64,000 nt of DNA, from the NCBI GenBank assembly GCA_023485845.1, contig JAMCZE010000010.1, positions 89,448-153,447 of the forward strand. Direction: 5' to 3'. Of this stretch, positions 47,783 through 57,089 are shown piece by piece (positions within the stretch are counted from its first letter, which is position 1; every line of letters starts with the position of its first letter). Source of the stretch: Patescibacteria group bacterium. Its GTDB lineage: Bacteria > Patescibacteriota > Microgenomatia > JAMCZE01. The notes under the pieces were generated by a model, which saw nothing but the letters and a program-made list of their open reading frames with translations, did not search any database and was not told where the DNA came from. The position numbers and the translations under genes are program-made.

Positions 47783-49714
47783 ATGGAATATCTGTATTAT
47801 CTCCTCTTCTTTTTGGTGCCGCTGATTTTCACCGCCGCTAACTCGGAGCTTTTTGAATTTAACAAAATGGTCCTTGTCTATTCGCTCACGGTGATTATTG
47901 CCGCGGCATGGTTAGTGAAGATGATTCGTTTAAAAAAGTTTGTTTACAGACACACACCTCTGGAAATTCCCCTGCTTGCCTACTTACTTGCTCACCTACT
48001 CTCGACTATCTTTTCCATCGACCCTCATGTCTCCGTTTGGGGCTACTACTCCCGTTTTCACGAAGGCCTATTAGCTTCAATTTCCTATGCCCTGCTTTAT
48101 TTTGCTGCCGTTTCCAATCTGCGCCGGGAGCATGTTATCAAAATGCTAACCGCCGCGTTTGTCAGCGCCGCCGTTGTGTCCTTCTGGGCCATCCTGGAGC
48201 ATTTTGGCCATTCTTTCTCCTGCCTGTTTATCACCGGCGATTTCAACGACGCTTGTTGGGTTCAGGACGTCGCTGGCCGGGTGTTTGCCACCCTGGGCCA
48301 ACCAAACTGGCTGGCTGCCTATTTGGACGTGATTATCCTGACCGCTGTTGGTTTTCTCCGATCAAAAAAAACTAACCTGCCTACCTACTTATTGCTCGTC
48401 ATCTCGCTGGCTGCTCTCTGGTTCACCAAATCCCGATCCGGGTTGTTGGGCCTGGGAGCGGGAGCAGCCGTGTTTTTTCTTCTGGTTTGGAAATCGGACA
48501 TTAAATTAAAAGCTCTTGTCTGTGCCGCTGTCCTTCTGGTGGGCAGTTTTTGGGGTTGGCAACAGTTTCAAAAATTGGTGGCCGCTCCGACAGCTGGCGG
48601 ATCCGGCGGCGTGACCGACTCGGAAACCATCCGCCTGCCGGTTTGGGAAGGGGCCATCAAAGTTTGGCAGCGCTATCCGGTTTTTGGCTCCGGGGTGGAA
48701 ACCTTCGGTTATTCTTTTTACAAAGACCGGCCGGCTTCCAAAAATCTCGATTCCGAATGGGACTTTCTTTATAACAAAGCGCATAACGAATATTTAAACA
48801 TGCTAGCAACCACCGGCACGGTTGGGATACTGGCCTACCTGGCCCTTATCGGCGCAGTCTTGTGGTTCCTTCGCAAGAATCCGGCGCTTTTAGCCGCCTA
48901 TATTTCTATTCTTGTGACAAACTTTTTTGGTTTCTCGGTGGTGATCATTGGCCTGTTTTTCTTTTTAATTCCGGCTTTTTACTTTATTCTTAACTTCCCC
49001 GACATTGAGCCGGAAAAAACCGAGCCACCAAATTGGTGGTTAATCGGGGCCGTTATTGCCGTTGCCCTTTATTTGGAATGGGGGCTGGTCAATTTGTGGT
49101 TGGCGGACAAAGATTATGCCCTGGGCCAACGGTTTGATCAGGCCCAACAGTTTCCCAGCGCATATCAACCGATCAAAGATGCGGTGGCCACCAACCCCGA
49201 CGAGCCGACATATCGGGACGAGTTGTCTTTTAACGAATCGGTCTTGGCAGTGGCCCTGACTGCCGAGGGAAACAGTCAAGCCAGCGCCTCCGCCCAGCAG
49301 CTGACCCAAGCGGCCATTGCCGACTCTAATCAAGTGGTCGCCGGTTCCCCCAACGCCGTGCCGTTTTGGAAAACCCGGGTGAAGGTTTTTTATGAACTGG
49401 CCCAGATTGATCCACAATATTATTATCAGGCCCTGGCCGCCATCGAAAAAGCCGCCGACCTGGCCCCCACCGACGCCAAAATCCACTATAATCTGGGGCT
49501 GCTTCTGGGCCGGACCGGGCAGACCAGCGCCGCCATCCAAGCCTTTGCCGAAACGGTGGCGCTCAAACCGGACTACCGCGACGCCCACTATGCCCTGGGG
49601 CTCTACCTTAAAGAGGCCGGCGACATCAAATCTGCCCGCGCCCAAATGGAGTTTATCATTAATAAAATCGGCCCCGACCAAGACGCCCAACAATTTTTAC
49701 AGGAGAATAAATGA
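47783..49714 (+). CDS. O-antigen ligase/polymerase-family (Wzy_C-like) polytopic membrane protein with C-terminal TPR repeats
   Basis: About 10 TM helices with a large external loop, then TPR-like repeats (AHYALGLYLKEAGDIKSARAQ). Confidence 0.65.
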   Translation: MEYLYYLLFFLVPLIFTAANSELFEFNKMVLVYSLTVIIAAAWLVKMIRLKKFVYRHTPLEIPLLAYLLAHLLSTIFSIDPHVSVWGYYSRFHEGLLASISYALLYFAAVSNLRREHVIKMLTAAFVSAAVVSFWAILEHFGHSFSCLFITGDFNDACWVQDVAGRVFATLGQPNWLAAYLDVIILTAVGFLRSKKTNLPTYLLLVISLAALWFTKSRSGLLGLGAGAAVFFLLVWKSDIKLKALVCAAVLLVGSFWGWQQFQKLVAAPTAGGSGGVTDSETIRLPVWEGAIKVWQRYPVFGSGVETFGYSFYKDRPASKNLDSEWDFLYNKAHNEYLNMLATTGTVGILAYLALIGAVLWFLRKNPALLAAYISILVTNFFGFSVVIIGLFFFLIPAFYFILNFPDIEPEKTEPPNWWLIGAVIAVALYLEWGLVNLWLADKDYALGQRFDQAQQFPSAYQPIKDAVATNPDEPTYRDELSFNESVLAVALTAEGNSQASASAQQLTQAAIADSNQVVAGSPNAVPFWKTRVKVFYELAQIDPQYYYQALAAIEKAADLAPTDAKIHYNLGLLLGRTGQTSAAIQAFAETVALKPDYRDAHYALGLYLKEAGDIKSARAQMEFIINKIGPDQDAQQFLQENK

Positions 49715-50016
49715 GTTATTTACAGTGGCTAGAGATTTTCTTCGGGATTCCCATTATTCTGTTCCTCTTGGTTGATTATCATATTTTCTGGGACCATCGA
49801 AAAATATTCCTTCGAATTTGGATCGGCTCATTTATTTTCGCTTTCCCATGGGACATTCTGGCCGTTGCCCGAAAAGCCTGGGAGTTTCCCCAGGGACTCA
49901 TCGGAATAAACATCATCAATTTGCCGATTGAAGAGTTTGTTTGGGGAGCCATGTTCACTGTTATTGTTTGTTATCTGACAATTCTTCTGGTAAAACAGCA
50001 GGGAAAATATGTCTAA
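49711..50016 (+). CDS. Small membrane protein, lycopene-cyclase-domain-like (PxEE motif)
   Basis: 101 aa, 3 TM, NLPIEEFVWGAMF resembles the CrtYc/Yd hPhEE motif. 4-nt overlap with the upstream gene. Confidence 0.4.
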   Translation: MSYLQWLEIFFGIPIILFLLVDYHIFWDHRKIFLRIWIGSFIFAFPWDILAVARKAWEFPQGLIGINIINLPIEEFVWGAMFTVIVCYLTILLVKQQGKYV

Positions 50017-50359
50017 CGATTATTCTAATATTATTCTCTTGTTTATCTTTGGCATTATTCCCCTGGCTGTGATTATTTATTTCCACCGCCGGACGTTTCT
50101 AAAAAATATCCAAATAATAATCAAAATTAATCTGTTTATTTACCTAGTTTGGATTCTGGGCGGCTCGGTGGCTTACCGACAAAACGTTTGGTTAGTTTCT
50201 TATGACCGGATCCTAAACCAGCCATTCATCGGGGTCTGGGTTGGCGATGTTTTTCAGTCAATTGTCGGCACAACACTGATTTCGATGGTCACATTGCTCA
50301 TGTTGGATGCCTACTCGCGCAATCTTCGTTTCCGTGACCTTTTCTTCAAGAAAGAGTAA
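50009..50359 (+). CDS. Small membrane protein, partner of the preceding ORF
   Basis: 116 aa, 3 TM, overlaps the upstream ORF by 8 nt. Confidence 0.4.
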   Translation: MSNDYSNIILLFIFGIIPLAVIIYFHRRTFLKNIQIIIKINLFIYLVWILGGSVAYRQNVWLVSYDRILNQPFIGVWVGDVFQSIVGTTLISMVTLLMLDAYSRNLRFRDLFFKKE

Positions 50360-50369
50360 AATTAGCCTC

Positions 50370-50918
50370 ATGTATTCCATTGTTAAAGCGCCAAGCGAGA
50401 TTTTGCGAACGCCGGTCGGACCGGCGGATTTGCCCGCGGCCAAGTTGGCCAAGATCATCGCCGAGATGAAAGCGACCTTGATCGCCCAGAAAGACCCGGA
50501 GGGGGTGGGCCTGTCTGCTAACCAAGTGGGGCTCCCCTACCTGCTCTTTCTCGCCCGGTTTGATACTAAACCAAACTCGCCGATTCATGTTTTCATTAAC
50601 CCGGAAATCGTCAGCCATTCCGAGGAACTTCAGGAGGAAAATGAAGACAAGTCCCCCCTGGAGGGCTGCCTGTCACTGCCGAAATATTATGGTTTTGTCA
50701 AACGCTGGAAGACCGTGGAGCTGCGATATCAGGATGAAAATTGTAAATTGAAAACTGAAAATTTTCGTGGCTTTCCCGCCGTGGTGATCCAACACGAAAT
50801 GGACCACCTGGAGGGCAAGATTTTTGTGGAGCGGATTCTGGAACAGTCCGGAAAACTCTATAAAGTGGCCGGAAAAAATAAAAAAGGCAAAGACACCTGG
50901 GAAGAGGTGGAAATCTAA
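50370..50918 (+). CDS. def: Peptide deformylase
   Basis: GVGLSANQVG, EGCLSLP, HEMDHLEG motifs. Start at the MYSIVKAP ATG. Confidence 0.85.
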   Translation: MYSIVKAPSEILRTPVGPADLPAAKLAKIIAEMKATLIAQKDPEGVGLSANQVGLPYLLFLARFDTKPNSPIHVFINPEIVSHSEELQEENEDKSPLEGCLSLPKYYGFVKRWKTVELRYQDENCKLKTENFRGFPAVVIQHEMDHLEGKIFVERILEQSGKLYKVAGKNKKGKDTWEEVEI

Positions 50919-52459
50919 TCTTTATCTTGACTATGTTTACTGCCAATAAGTTTTTCCTTTTTCCCAGCTTCCAAATAGTCCGCATATAATTCATCTTGAT
51001 AGCTGCCCACTCGTTCCCAATCAACCACTCCCAAATGGGCTGACACCTCACCAACACTTTTAGCAATTGCCTTTAAAATATGTTCCGTTAAAACTCCGCT
51101 TTCTGCGGCCCGCCGATAACCATAATAGTCCGTCCCGATTACCAAAAAACGACGGCCGTCAGGGTTCTCTTCAATTGCACTTTCACGGCGCTTGCCCAAT
51201 TGCTCTCGTTTTATCCCGGCAAAAACACTGTTCCCTAAACGCTCTCTTTTCCCCACCGCCTGCTCCGGCGCATGACTTGTGGGCACATTGGGCCGTGTCA
51301 CCTGGGTCCGTCCGTGACTCTCGTTTATCCTGTTGCCTTCTCCATGACTCCGCTCTGGCCGAGCAGTTCCCATCGTCATGTCGCCTTGACCCAATGCAAC
51401 AATCCGCATAATTTTTTCGGCGATCAGGAAAGCTTGCTTCTCCTTGCCTCCAATTCGCACTGAGTGGTGCTCCGCCAAGATTAAAGCCACTCTAGATCCG
51501 AGAATTTCGTGCATTTTGGCAGAAATCTCCCCCCATTCTGTACTCTCCTCAACCTCGTTCTTACCCAATGCCAAGCCCAATGTCGAGGATTCGATATCCA
51601 CTTCCCCGAAAAGCGTTCCCATCCCCGGAACACTCTCAGCAGTGGGATGACCAGCCATCCATGCTTCTTGAATCAAACGTCCAAACATTGACACGGCCAG
51701 CCCCGGCCGCAATTCCCGTGGCAAGGATTTACTCTCGGGCAGTTGATCAATCCAGAAGCGGACTCTTGTCGCCGCCCCCACCTGAAATTCACCTTCGTCA
51801 CACTCTTTGCCATAAGGACGTGGTAGTGCTTCCACATCCTTCCCATTAAGATTAACGATAATTTTCTTTTCCAAGATTGCCCTGCTATAGACCTTTCCTA
51901 TATGGTTGCGCAGTCGATTCGGATCTAATGAAGCACGAAGTTTGTTAATCTCCAGATGGGTGAACCCTGGACCTGGTCGCGTCTTTACCCGTTCATACGG
52001 GTGCCGACGGAACTGCTCCCGCGGGCCACCAATGTCAAATGTCACTTTAATCTCTTCTGTCTCCCCCCGGCCAGCACAAATCATCCTTGCCCCACCACCA
52101 GCGAGATATTCCACTGCAGCCTTGCCGCCATAGCCATTTCGGCCCAGCGATCCGCCATAATTGACCGTCTCGCGAAAACCGCTGGCTTTATCAGAAGAAC
52201 CCCATTTGCTCCACCGTTGGAGTCGCTCAAAATTCATGCCCACACCACCACTATCCTCGTAAATAAACCTTCCATCTTTATCAATGGTTAAATTCACCAC
52301 TAGCGGCCCAGTGCCGCGTGAGTCATAGGAGTTATCTAGAAGCTCATCAATTGCCGCCTCTGGACGCGGAAATGTGGCTAACCGATCCAGCAACCGGGGT
52401 TCAACACTCTCCTCTAAATATTGTGGTCCGGTATCAGGTTTATTCGACACGTTTATCAA
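50915..52459 (-). CDS. GHKL-superfamily (HATPase_c / MORC-MutL-like Bergerat-fold) ATPase with about 350-aa uncharacterised C-terminal region
   Basis: N-box IDELLDNSYDS, G1 box YEDSGGVGM, G2 box GRNGYGGKAA. No HisKA, no MutL C-terminal dimerisation domain. Confidence 0.6.
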   Translation of the reverse strand: MINVSNKPDTGPQYLEESVEPRLLDRLATFPRPEAAIDELLDNSYDSRGTGPLVVNLTIDKDGRFIYEDSGGVGMNFERLQRWSKWGSSDKASGFRETVNYGGSLGRNGYGGKAAVEYLAGGGARMICAGRGETEEIKVTFDIGGPREQFRRHPYERVKTRPGPGFTHLEINKLRASLDPNRLRNHIGKVYSRAILEKKIIVNLNGKDVEALPRPYGKECDEGEFQVGAATRVRFWIDQLPESKSLPRELRPGLAVSMFGRLIQEAWMAGHPTAESVPGMGTLFGEVDIESSTLGLALGKNEVEESTEWGEISAKMHEILGSRVALILAEHHSVRIGGKEKQAFLIAEKIMRIVALGQGDMTMGTARPERSHGEGNRINESHGRTQVTRPNVPTSHAPEQAVGKRERLGNSVFAGIKREQLGKRRESAIEENPDGRRFLVIGTDYYGYRRAAESGVLTEHILKAIAKSVGEVSAHLGVVDWERVGSYQDELYADYLEAGKKEKLIGSKHSQDKD

Positions 52460-53801
52460 TTAATAGATTAGTGTCTCCCAAAAAGCGTGCTACCGGATGG
52501 CAAATGGCATCGATTAACTGTCGCCTCTTTTCCAGGCCAAGTGGCATTGCCGCCCGCAGCACCTCGGCAACGATATAACTGTAATACTCGTTCCCGTGGT
52601 GAGCATAGCGTTCATCCCGAACTTTGTTCAGGCTTTTGGCGGCAATCAATGACCGCAGTTTACGCTCGATTGAGTCACAGGCCTCTTTCGGATCAAGGGC
52701 AGCAACTTCCCCGCTGGAAACTTGGTTATTATACTCATCCCAAGCCCGCTGACACTCGGTCAGAAGCGCTGAATCAAATTCCACCGCTAATTTCTTCGCT
52801 TTCCCATTCTCTTTTGGTAACAACAATAATTTGTTAGCTAACACTGCCTCCTCTTGTTTGGTAAACGGATCCACTAATTGCCAGGGCTGCTCACCCTCTG
52901 ATTTGGGTTTTCGCGAGAATAACCGCTCCACAATTCCTTTCACAGTTGACTGCCGCAATTTTGCTCCTTTGGTCTCCCGACGAATAAGCTGCAGACGATT
53001 TAGTCCGGAACCGGTAACGACAATTTGTTTTCTGGCACCACCGCGCACTTCCGCGTAATCAATCCCCACCCGCAATGCCCCCCAATTAATATAGTTCTTC
53101 ACCGTCGATGGGGACAAATTAGCTTTGGCAGCAGTCTCCTGCAGCGAAAGCTCCAATGCCGGCTTGCCTCCGGCACTTTGCAAGGCTGTTTTATCAGGAA
53201 GCAGGCTATAACCACCCGAGCGGCTGCTAACTAGCACCGTTTGATGATCAGGATCTGGGTTAACCTTATTTCGAAGGCGCATAAGTGTGTTGTAGAAATT
53301 ACCCAATTCCCGTTCCGAAGGCTTCCGCCCTTTAGTAATTTCCTGAAGTAGGTCTTTTGCCAGAACAAATCTTCCCTGGTGCGCTTTTAGCACCTGCATC
53401 GCTTCCGCTTCTTTAGAACCAGTCAGTTTGATTTTAGTGGCACCAATTATAAAGACTCGCGATTCGGGGTCAACACGAACATCCACTAATTGGCCAGCCA
53501 CCTCTTCGGCTGGTTTTGGTGTGTTTGCTGTCGGCGCTTTTTCTGGCAAAAAAGTCACCTGGAGTTCACCCGATTCCGGGTCACGCAGTCCCCGCGCTGA
53601 CAGCTTTTGTAGAATATCAGAAAGACCCTCCTCAATAATTCTGGCTGTTTCTTCTGTGGCCGCGACCCGGGCTGTGAACGGACGAACTAATTCTGACCCG
53701 ACTCCAAATTTATTTCCGAGCCGTTTCTCTTCGGCTCGCAAATCGACAGCGTTTAGTCGCAAAGCACCAATTATTGGTTTTAGTGATCGTTCAACAGCCA
53801 T
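52440..53801 (-). CDS. Hypothetical 453-aa protein with HTH-like segment, co-operonic with the GHKL ATPase
   Basis: 20-nt overlap with the downstream ATPase gene. ETAAKANLSPSTVKNYINWGALRV looks like a helix-turn-helix. Basic, no other motif. Confidence 0.5.
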   Translation of the reverse strand: MAVERSLKPIIGALRLNAVDLRAEEKRLGNKFGVGSELVRPFTARVAATEETARIIEEGLSDILQKLSARGLRDPESGELQVTFLPEKAPTANTPKPAEEVAGQLVDVRVDPESRVFIIGATKIKLTGSKEAEAMQVLKAHQGRFVLAKDLLQEITKGRKPSERELGNFYNTLMRLRNKVNPDPDHQTVLVSSRSGGYSLLPDKTALQSAGGKPALELSLQETAAKANLSPSTVKNYINWGALRVGIDYAEVRGGARKQIVVTGSGLNRLQLIRRETKGAKLRQSTVKGIVERLFSRKPKSEGEQPWQLVDPFTKQEEAVLANKLLLLPKENGKAKKLAVEFDSALLTECQRAWDEYNNQVSSGEVAALDPKEACDSIERKLRSLIAAKSLNKVRDERYAHHGNEYYSYIVAEVLRAAMPLGLEKRRQLIDAICHPVARFLGDTNLLIDKRVE

Positions 53802-53865
53802 GAGTTATCTTATAACATTTAAACCTCACCTTGTCAATAAGTTTTAGCCGTGGCAAAATTATACT

Positions 53866-54624
53866 ATGACCGTTATCTTTTTTGGTTCATCAGATTATTG
53901 CCTGCCGGTTCTGGAAGCACTGAAGAATTATTTTGACTTAGAGTTAGTTGTCACCCGGGAAGATAAACCGGTGGGGAGAAAGCAAATTGTAACGGCGTCG
54001 CCGACAAAAACTTGGGCAATAAAAAATAATATCCGCGCTGGTGAAGAATTAGACATTGATTGTGATTTAGCCATTGTTGCCGATTACGGGAAAATTATTC
54101 CCGAGGAAATTTTTACTCGGCCGCGGCTGGGAACGTTTAACATTCACTTTTCTAGACTGCCCGACCTGCGCGGGGCATCGCCCGTCCAGGCCACCCTTCT
54201 TCGCGGGGACACAACTGCCTGGATCACCATCTTTAAGTTAGAAAAAACCCTGGACACCGGGCCGATTCTCTGGCAAAAAGAATATCCTATCGCGCCGGAT
54301 GATACTGCCGGCACTCTTTACACCCGATTGTTTCAAGAAGTGGCTAGGGAGTTACCAAAAATCGATTTTTTCGGCCCGCTGACACCCCAATCCAGCCCAC
54401 CAACCTATTGCAAAACACTCACCCGCAATGATGGATTCATAAAATATGAGGACCTAACTAATCAGCAAAATTACAATAAATATCGCGCTTATTTTCCCTG
54501 GCCAGGAGTTTGGTCTATCAAGAATGGCAAAAGAATGAAAATTCTTAAGTGCCACTTGGAGGATAATAAACTCATTCTCGATCTTATTCAGTTTGAGGGG
54601 AAGAAGCCGACCCTTTATCACTGA
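53866..54624 (+). CDS. fmt: Methionyl-tRNA formyltransferase (short form)
   Basis: NIHFSRLPDLRGASPVQATLL formyltransferase core and C-terminal Fmt-specific domain. Confidence 0.85.
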   Translation: MTVIFFGSSDYCLPVLEALKNYFDLELVVTREDKPVGRKQIVTASPTKTWAIKNNIRAGEELDIDCDLAIVADYGKIIPEEIFTRPRLGTFNIHFSRLPDLRGASPVQATLLRGDTTAWITIFKLEKTLDTGPILWQKEYPIAPDDTAGTLYTRLFQEVARELPKIDFFGPLTPQSSPPTYCKTLTRNDGFIKYEDLTNQQNYNKYRAYFPWPGVWSIKNGKRMKILKCHLEDNKLILDLIQFEGKKPTLYH

Positions 54625-54841
54625 CTTTATTAGGAAGGATCCTCCTTCCCAGTTGATCAAAGTATCGCACCCCTGGTGGGTTTTGGAACTTTAGGTCTAC
54701 TCGAACAATCGCCTTAGGGTTCCGACTATTTTGTAATATCGTCTCGATCATCCTAAGGGGATCGGCGCAAAAATCATCCCAATCCCTTTTGTCTGTTATT
54801 GGGTAGTCCACTTCTTCTGCCGATCGAATATTAAATGCCAT
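54584..54841 (-). CDS. Hypothetical protein (85 aa)
   Basis: ORF only. Overlaps the fmt 3' end on the opposite strand. Confidence 0.3.
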   Translation of the reverse strand: MAFNIRSAEEVDYPITDKRDWDDFCADPLRMIETILQNSRNPKAIVRVDLKFQNPPGVRYFDQLGRRILPNKVSDKGSASSPQTE

Positions 54842-54845
54842 GAGA

Positions 54846-55070
54846 TTAAGGTTTTATTCCAAGTTGGTATTTGACTCCGTATTGAGCCAGACAGGAGGCA
54901 CAGGCGCGGACGTTTTTGACCACGCCGCCAATTAACACCTTGCCGTTGTGCAAATTAGGACGAAAAAGCCGTGGATTTTTGGTGGCCCGCTTCATCCATT
55001 GCCCCGTATGGGTGTGGCGGATCAAATTCCCATGCATCAGTCCCTTGCCGCAGATATCACAAGTTGTCAT
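54846..55070 (-). CDS. rpmB: 50S ribosomal protein L28
   Basis: CDICGKG...GNLIRHTHTGQ...RLFRPNLH matches L28. Confidence 0.8.
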   Translation of the reverse strand: MTTCDICGKGLMHGNLIRHTHTGQWMKRATKNPRLFRPNLHNGKVLIGGVVKNVRACASCLAQYGVKYQLGIKP

Positions 55071-55102
55071 ATGATAAGATTATATACGAATAAGCCACAA
55101 AT

Positions 55103-55504
55103 GTGAATATACAAATACCCACAGGTAAAAATACTAAGATTATTGAAAAGGATTTGAGTTACAAAATTGTTGGACTGCTTTATGAAGTGCACACTAAACT
55201 TGGGGGAAGATATCAGGAAAAAATCTATCAAAAGGCAGTTGAAAAGGTTCTTCAGCGGGAAAAAATTAATTACCAAAGGGAACTTCCGGTTGATCTGATT
55301 TTTGAAGGTGCTAAAATAGGCAAGTATTATTTAGACTTTTTGATCGAGGAGCGAGTTATTTTGGAACTTAAAGCAGTTTACCGTTTCCATCCAGAACACT
55401 TTCGCCAGGTTCAGTCGTATTTAAAAACAAATAACATTAAGCTTGGCATCCTGGCTAACTTTAAAGGCCCAAAGTTAATCTACGCCCGAATTCTAAATTC
55501 GTAG
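55103..55504 (+). CDS. GxxExxY-family protein (PD-(D/E)xK-like)
   Basis: YKIVGLLYEVHTKLGGRYQEKIYQKAV...DFLIEERVILELKA matches the family consensus. Confidence 0.7.
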   Translation: MNIQIPTGKNTKIIEKDLSYKIVGLLYEVHTKLGGRYQEKIYQKAVEKVLQREKINYQRELPVDLIFEGAKIGKYYLDFLIEERVILELKAVYRFHPEHFRQVQSYLKTNNIKLGILANFKGPKLIYARILNS

Positions 55505-55538
55505 CTAATTTGTATAACTTAATTTGTAGTTAATTCGT

Positions 55539-56126
55539 ATGTTTCTTTTACAGTTGGCAATCCTGATCTATTCGGTGATCCTGCATGAGATCAGCCATGG
55601 CTGGGTTGCTGATCATCTTGGCGACCCCACCGCCCGACTGGCCAAACGCCTAACACTCAATCCCATCCCCCACATTGACCCCCTAATGACTGTCGCCCTG
55701 CCCCTTTTATTGGTTCTTTTGTCTAGTCCGATCATTTTTGGCGCCGCCAAACCGGTGCCCATTGACCCGTTTAATTTCCGGGAACCAAAAAAGGACACCG
55801 CTCTAACAGCCGCTGCCGGACCAGTGACGAACCTATTAATTGCTCTTTTATTTGCCATCGGCTTTCGAATTTTGCCTCTGGATATTTTTGCTTACGGTGT
55901 GCAGATTAATGTCATTCTAGCTATTTTCAATCTCCTGCCCATTCCCCCGCTGGACGGGTTTAAAGTGGTCGGCGGCGTGTTGCCCGATGATCTGGCCGCC
56001 GCTTGGTTTTCTCTGGAACGGCTCGGTCTGACTTTTGTTATTTTGATCCTGTTTTTCTTTAACTCCATCGTTAATTCAATCATTTTCCCCCTGACTCGCA
56101 CCATTTTAAAAATTCTGCTACCATAA
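55539..56126 (+). CDS. Site-2-protease-like zinc metalloprotease (M50B) membrane protein
   Basis: HEISHGWVADHLGD HExxH in TM1. Polytopic. Confidence 0.7.
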   Translation: MFLLQLAILIYSVILHEISHGWVADHLGDPTARLAKRLTLNPIPHIDPLMTVALPLLLVLLSSPIIFGAAKPVPIDPFNFREPKKDTALTAAAGPVTNLLIALLFAIGFRILPLDIFAYGVQINVILAIFNLLPIPPLDGFKVVGGVLPDDLAAAWFSLERLGLTFVILILFFFNSIVNSIIFPLTRTILKILLP

Positions 56127-56130
56127 ACTT

Positions 56131-56763
56131 ATGAAACCGGTGGCCGTCATCTCCGGGGGTTCCGACGGGTTGGGCAAAGAAATCGCCCGCCAACTGATCG
56201 GTGACTATCAAGTGGTCATCCTCTCACCCCACGCCGAAAAACTTCAGGCCGCCGCGGCTGAGCTTGGCGTTGACTATCGCCTTTGCGACGTAGCCAACTG
56301 GGGCCAGGTTGACGCCGCTGTCCGCGATATCCTAGCCAAATATCAGCAAATCAACGCGCTTATTAATTGCGCCGGTGTCTGGATCGAGGGTGAACTGGAC
56401 ACCAATGACCCGGCCCAGATTAAACGGGTGCTGGAAGTAAATTGCCTGGGAACAATTCTTCTCTCCCGGGCCGTCATTCCCGCTATAAAAGCCCAAAAAT
56501 CCGGCAAGATCATTAACATAATTTCCGATGCCGGGCTAAAGACTAAAGCCCAGCGCAGTGTTTATTGCGCATCAAAATGGGCCATCACCGGGTTCACCAA
56601 GTGTCTAGAGTTAGACCTGTCTCCATATGGAATTTCCGTCTCGGCCGTCTACCCCGGACCGATGAAAACCAAATTTTTTGAAAAAGCCGGCATCAACCGC
56701 GATTTAACCGATGCCGCCGATCCGGTTTCCGTCGCCTCCGAAATTGCCGCTTCCCTATCTTGA
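56131..56763 (+). CDS. SDR-family short-chain dehydrogenase/reductase
   Basis: GGSDGLGKEIARQL dinucleotide motif, YCASKWA catalytic YxxxK. Confidence 0.85.
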   Translation: MKPVAVISGGSDGLGKEIARQLIGDYQVVILSPHAEKLQAAAAELGVDYRLCDVANWGQVDAAVRDILAKYQQINALINCAGVWIEGELDTNDPAQIKRVLEVNCLGTILLSRAVIPAIKAQKSGKIINIISDAGLKTKAQRSVYCASKWAITGFTKCLELDLSPYGISVSAVYPGPMKTKFFEKAGINRDLTDAADPVSVASEIAASLS

Positions 56764-56977
56764 CGAGGGTGTTAAAATAGTATGTAGAGTTCCCTGGAGA
56801 CGCGGCGGAGTTGAGGACATATTCCTCGACAGCGTTCAAACGGAAAGACATCCGCCAACCGGCGGATCGACGAAGTTTTGCGGCTACGCCACAAGCTAAG
56901 GTCGCAAACAGTCGAAGTCACAATTTTTCGGGGAAACGCTTCAATTTCTGCCCTTCCCTTCGGGGAACTTGTGTTTG

Positions 56978-57049
56978 AGCCGATGGTCAGAATCGGACTG
57001 ACAACCTGCTGTTTACAAAACAGCCGCTCTACCATTGAGCCACATCGGC
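56978..57049 (-). tRNA. tRNA-Thr (anticodon TGT)
   Basis: Folded by eye. Acceptor GCCGATG/CATCGGC, D arm GCTC-AATGGTA-GAGC, anticodon arm GCTGT-TTTGTAA-ACAGC, T arm GTCAG-TCCGATT-CTGAC. TATAAT lies 9 nt upstream. No encoded CCA. Confidence 0.8.
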
Positions 57050-57089
57050 ACCTCTTGAATTATACCCCATTTCCGTTTAATCTGAATCC

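Noticed and set aside
49040-49693. 217-aa minus-strand ORF
   Set aside because: It is antisense inside the O-antigen-ligase/TPR gene. Gly-rich and low-complexity.
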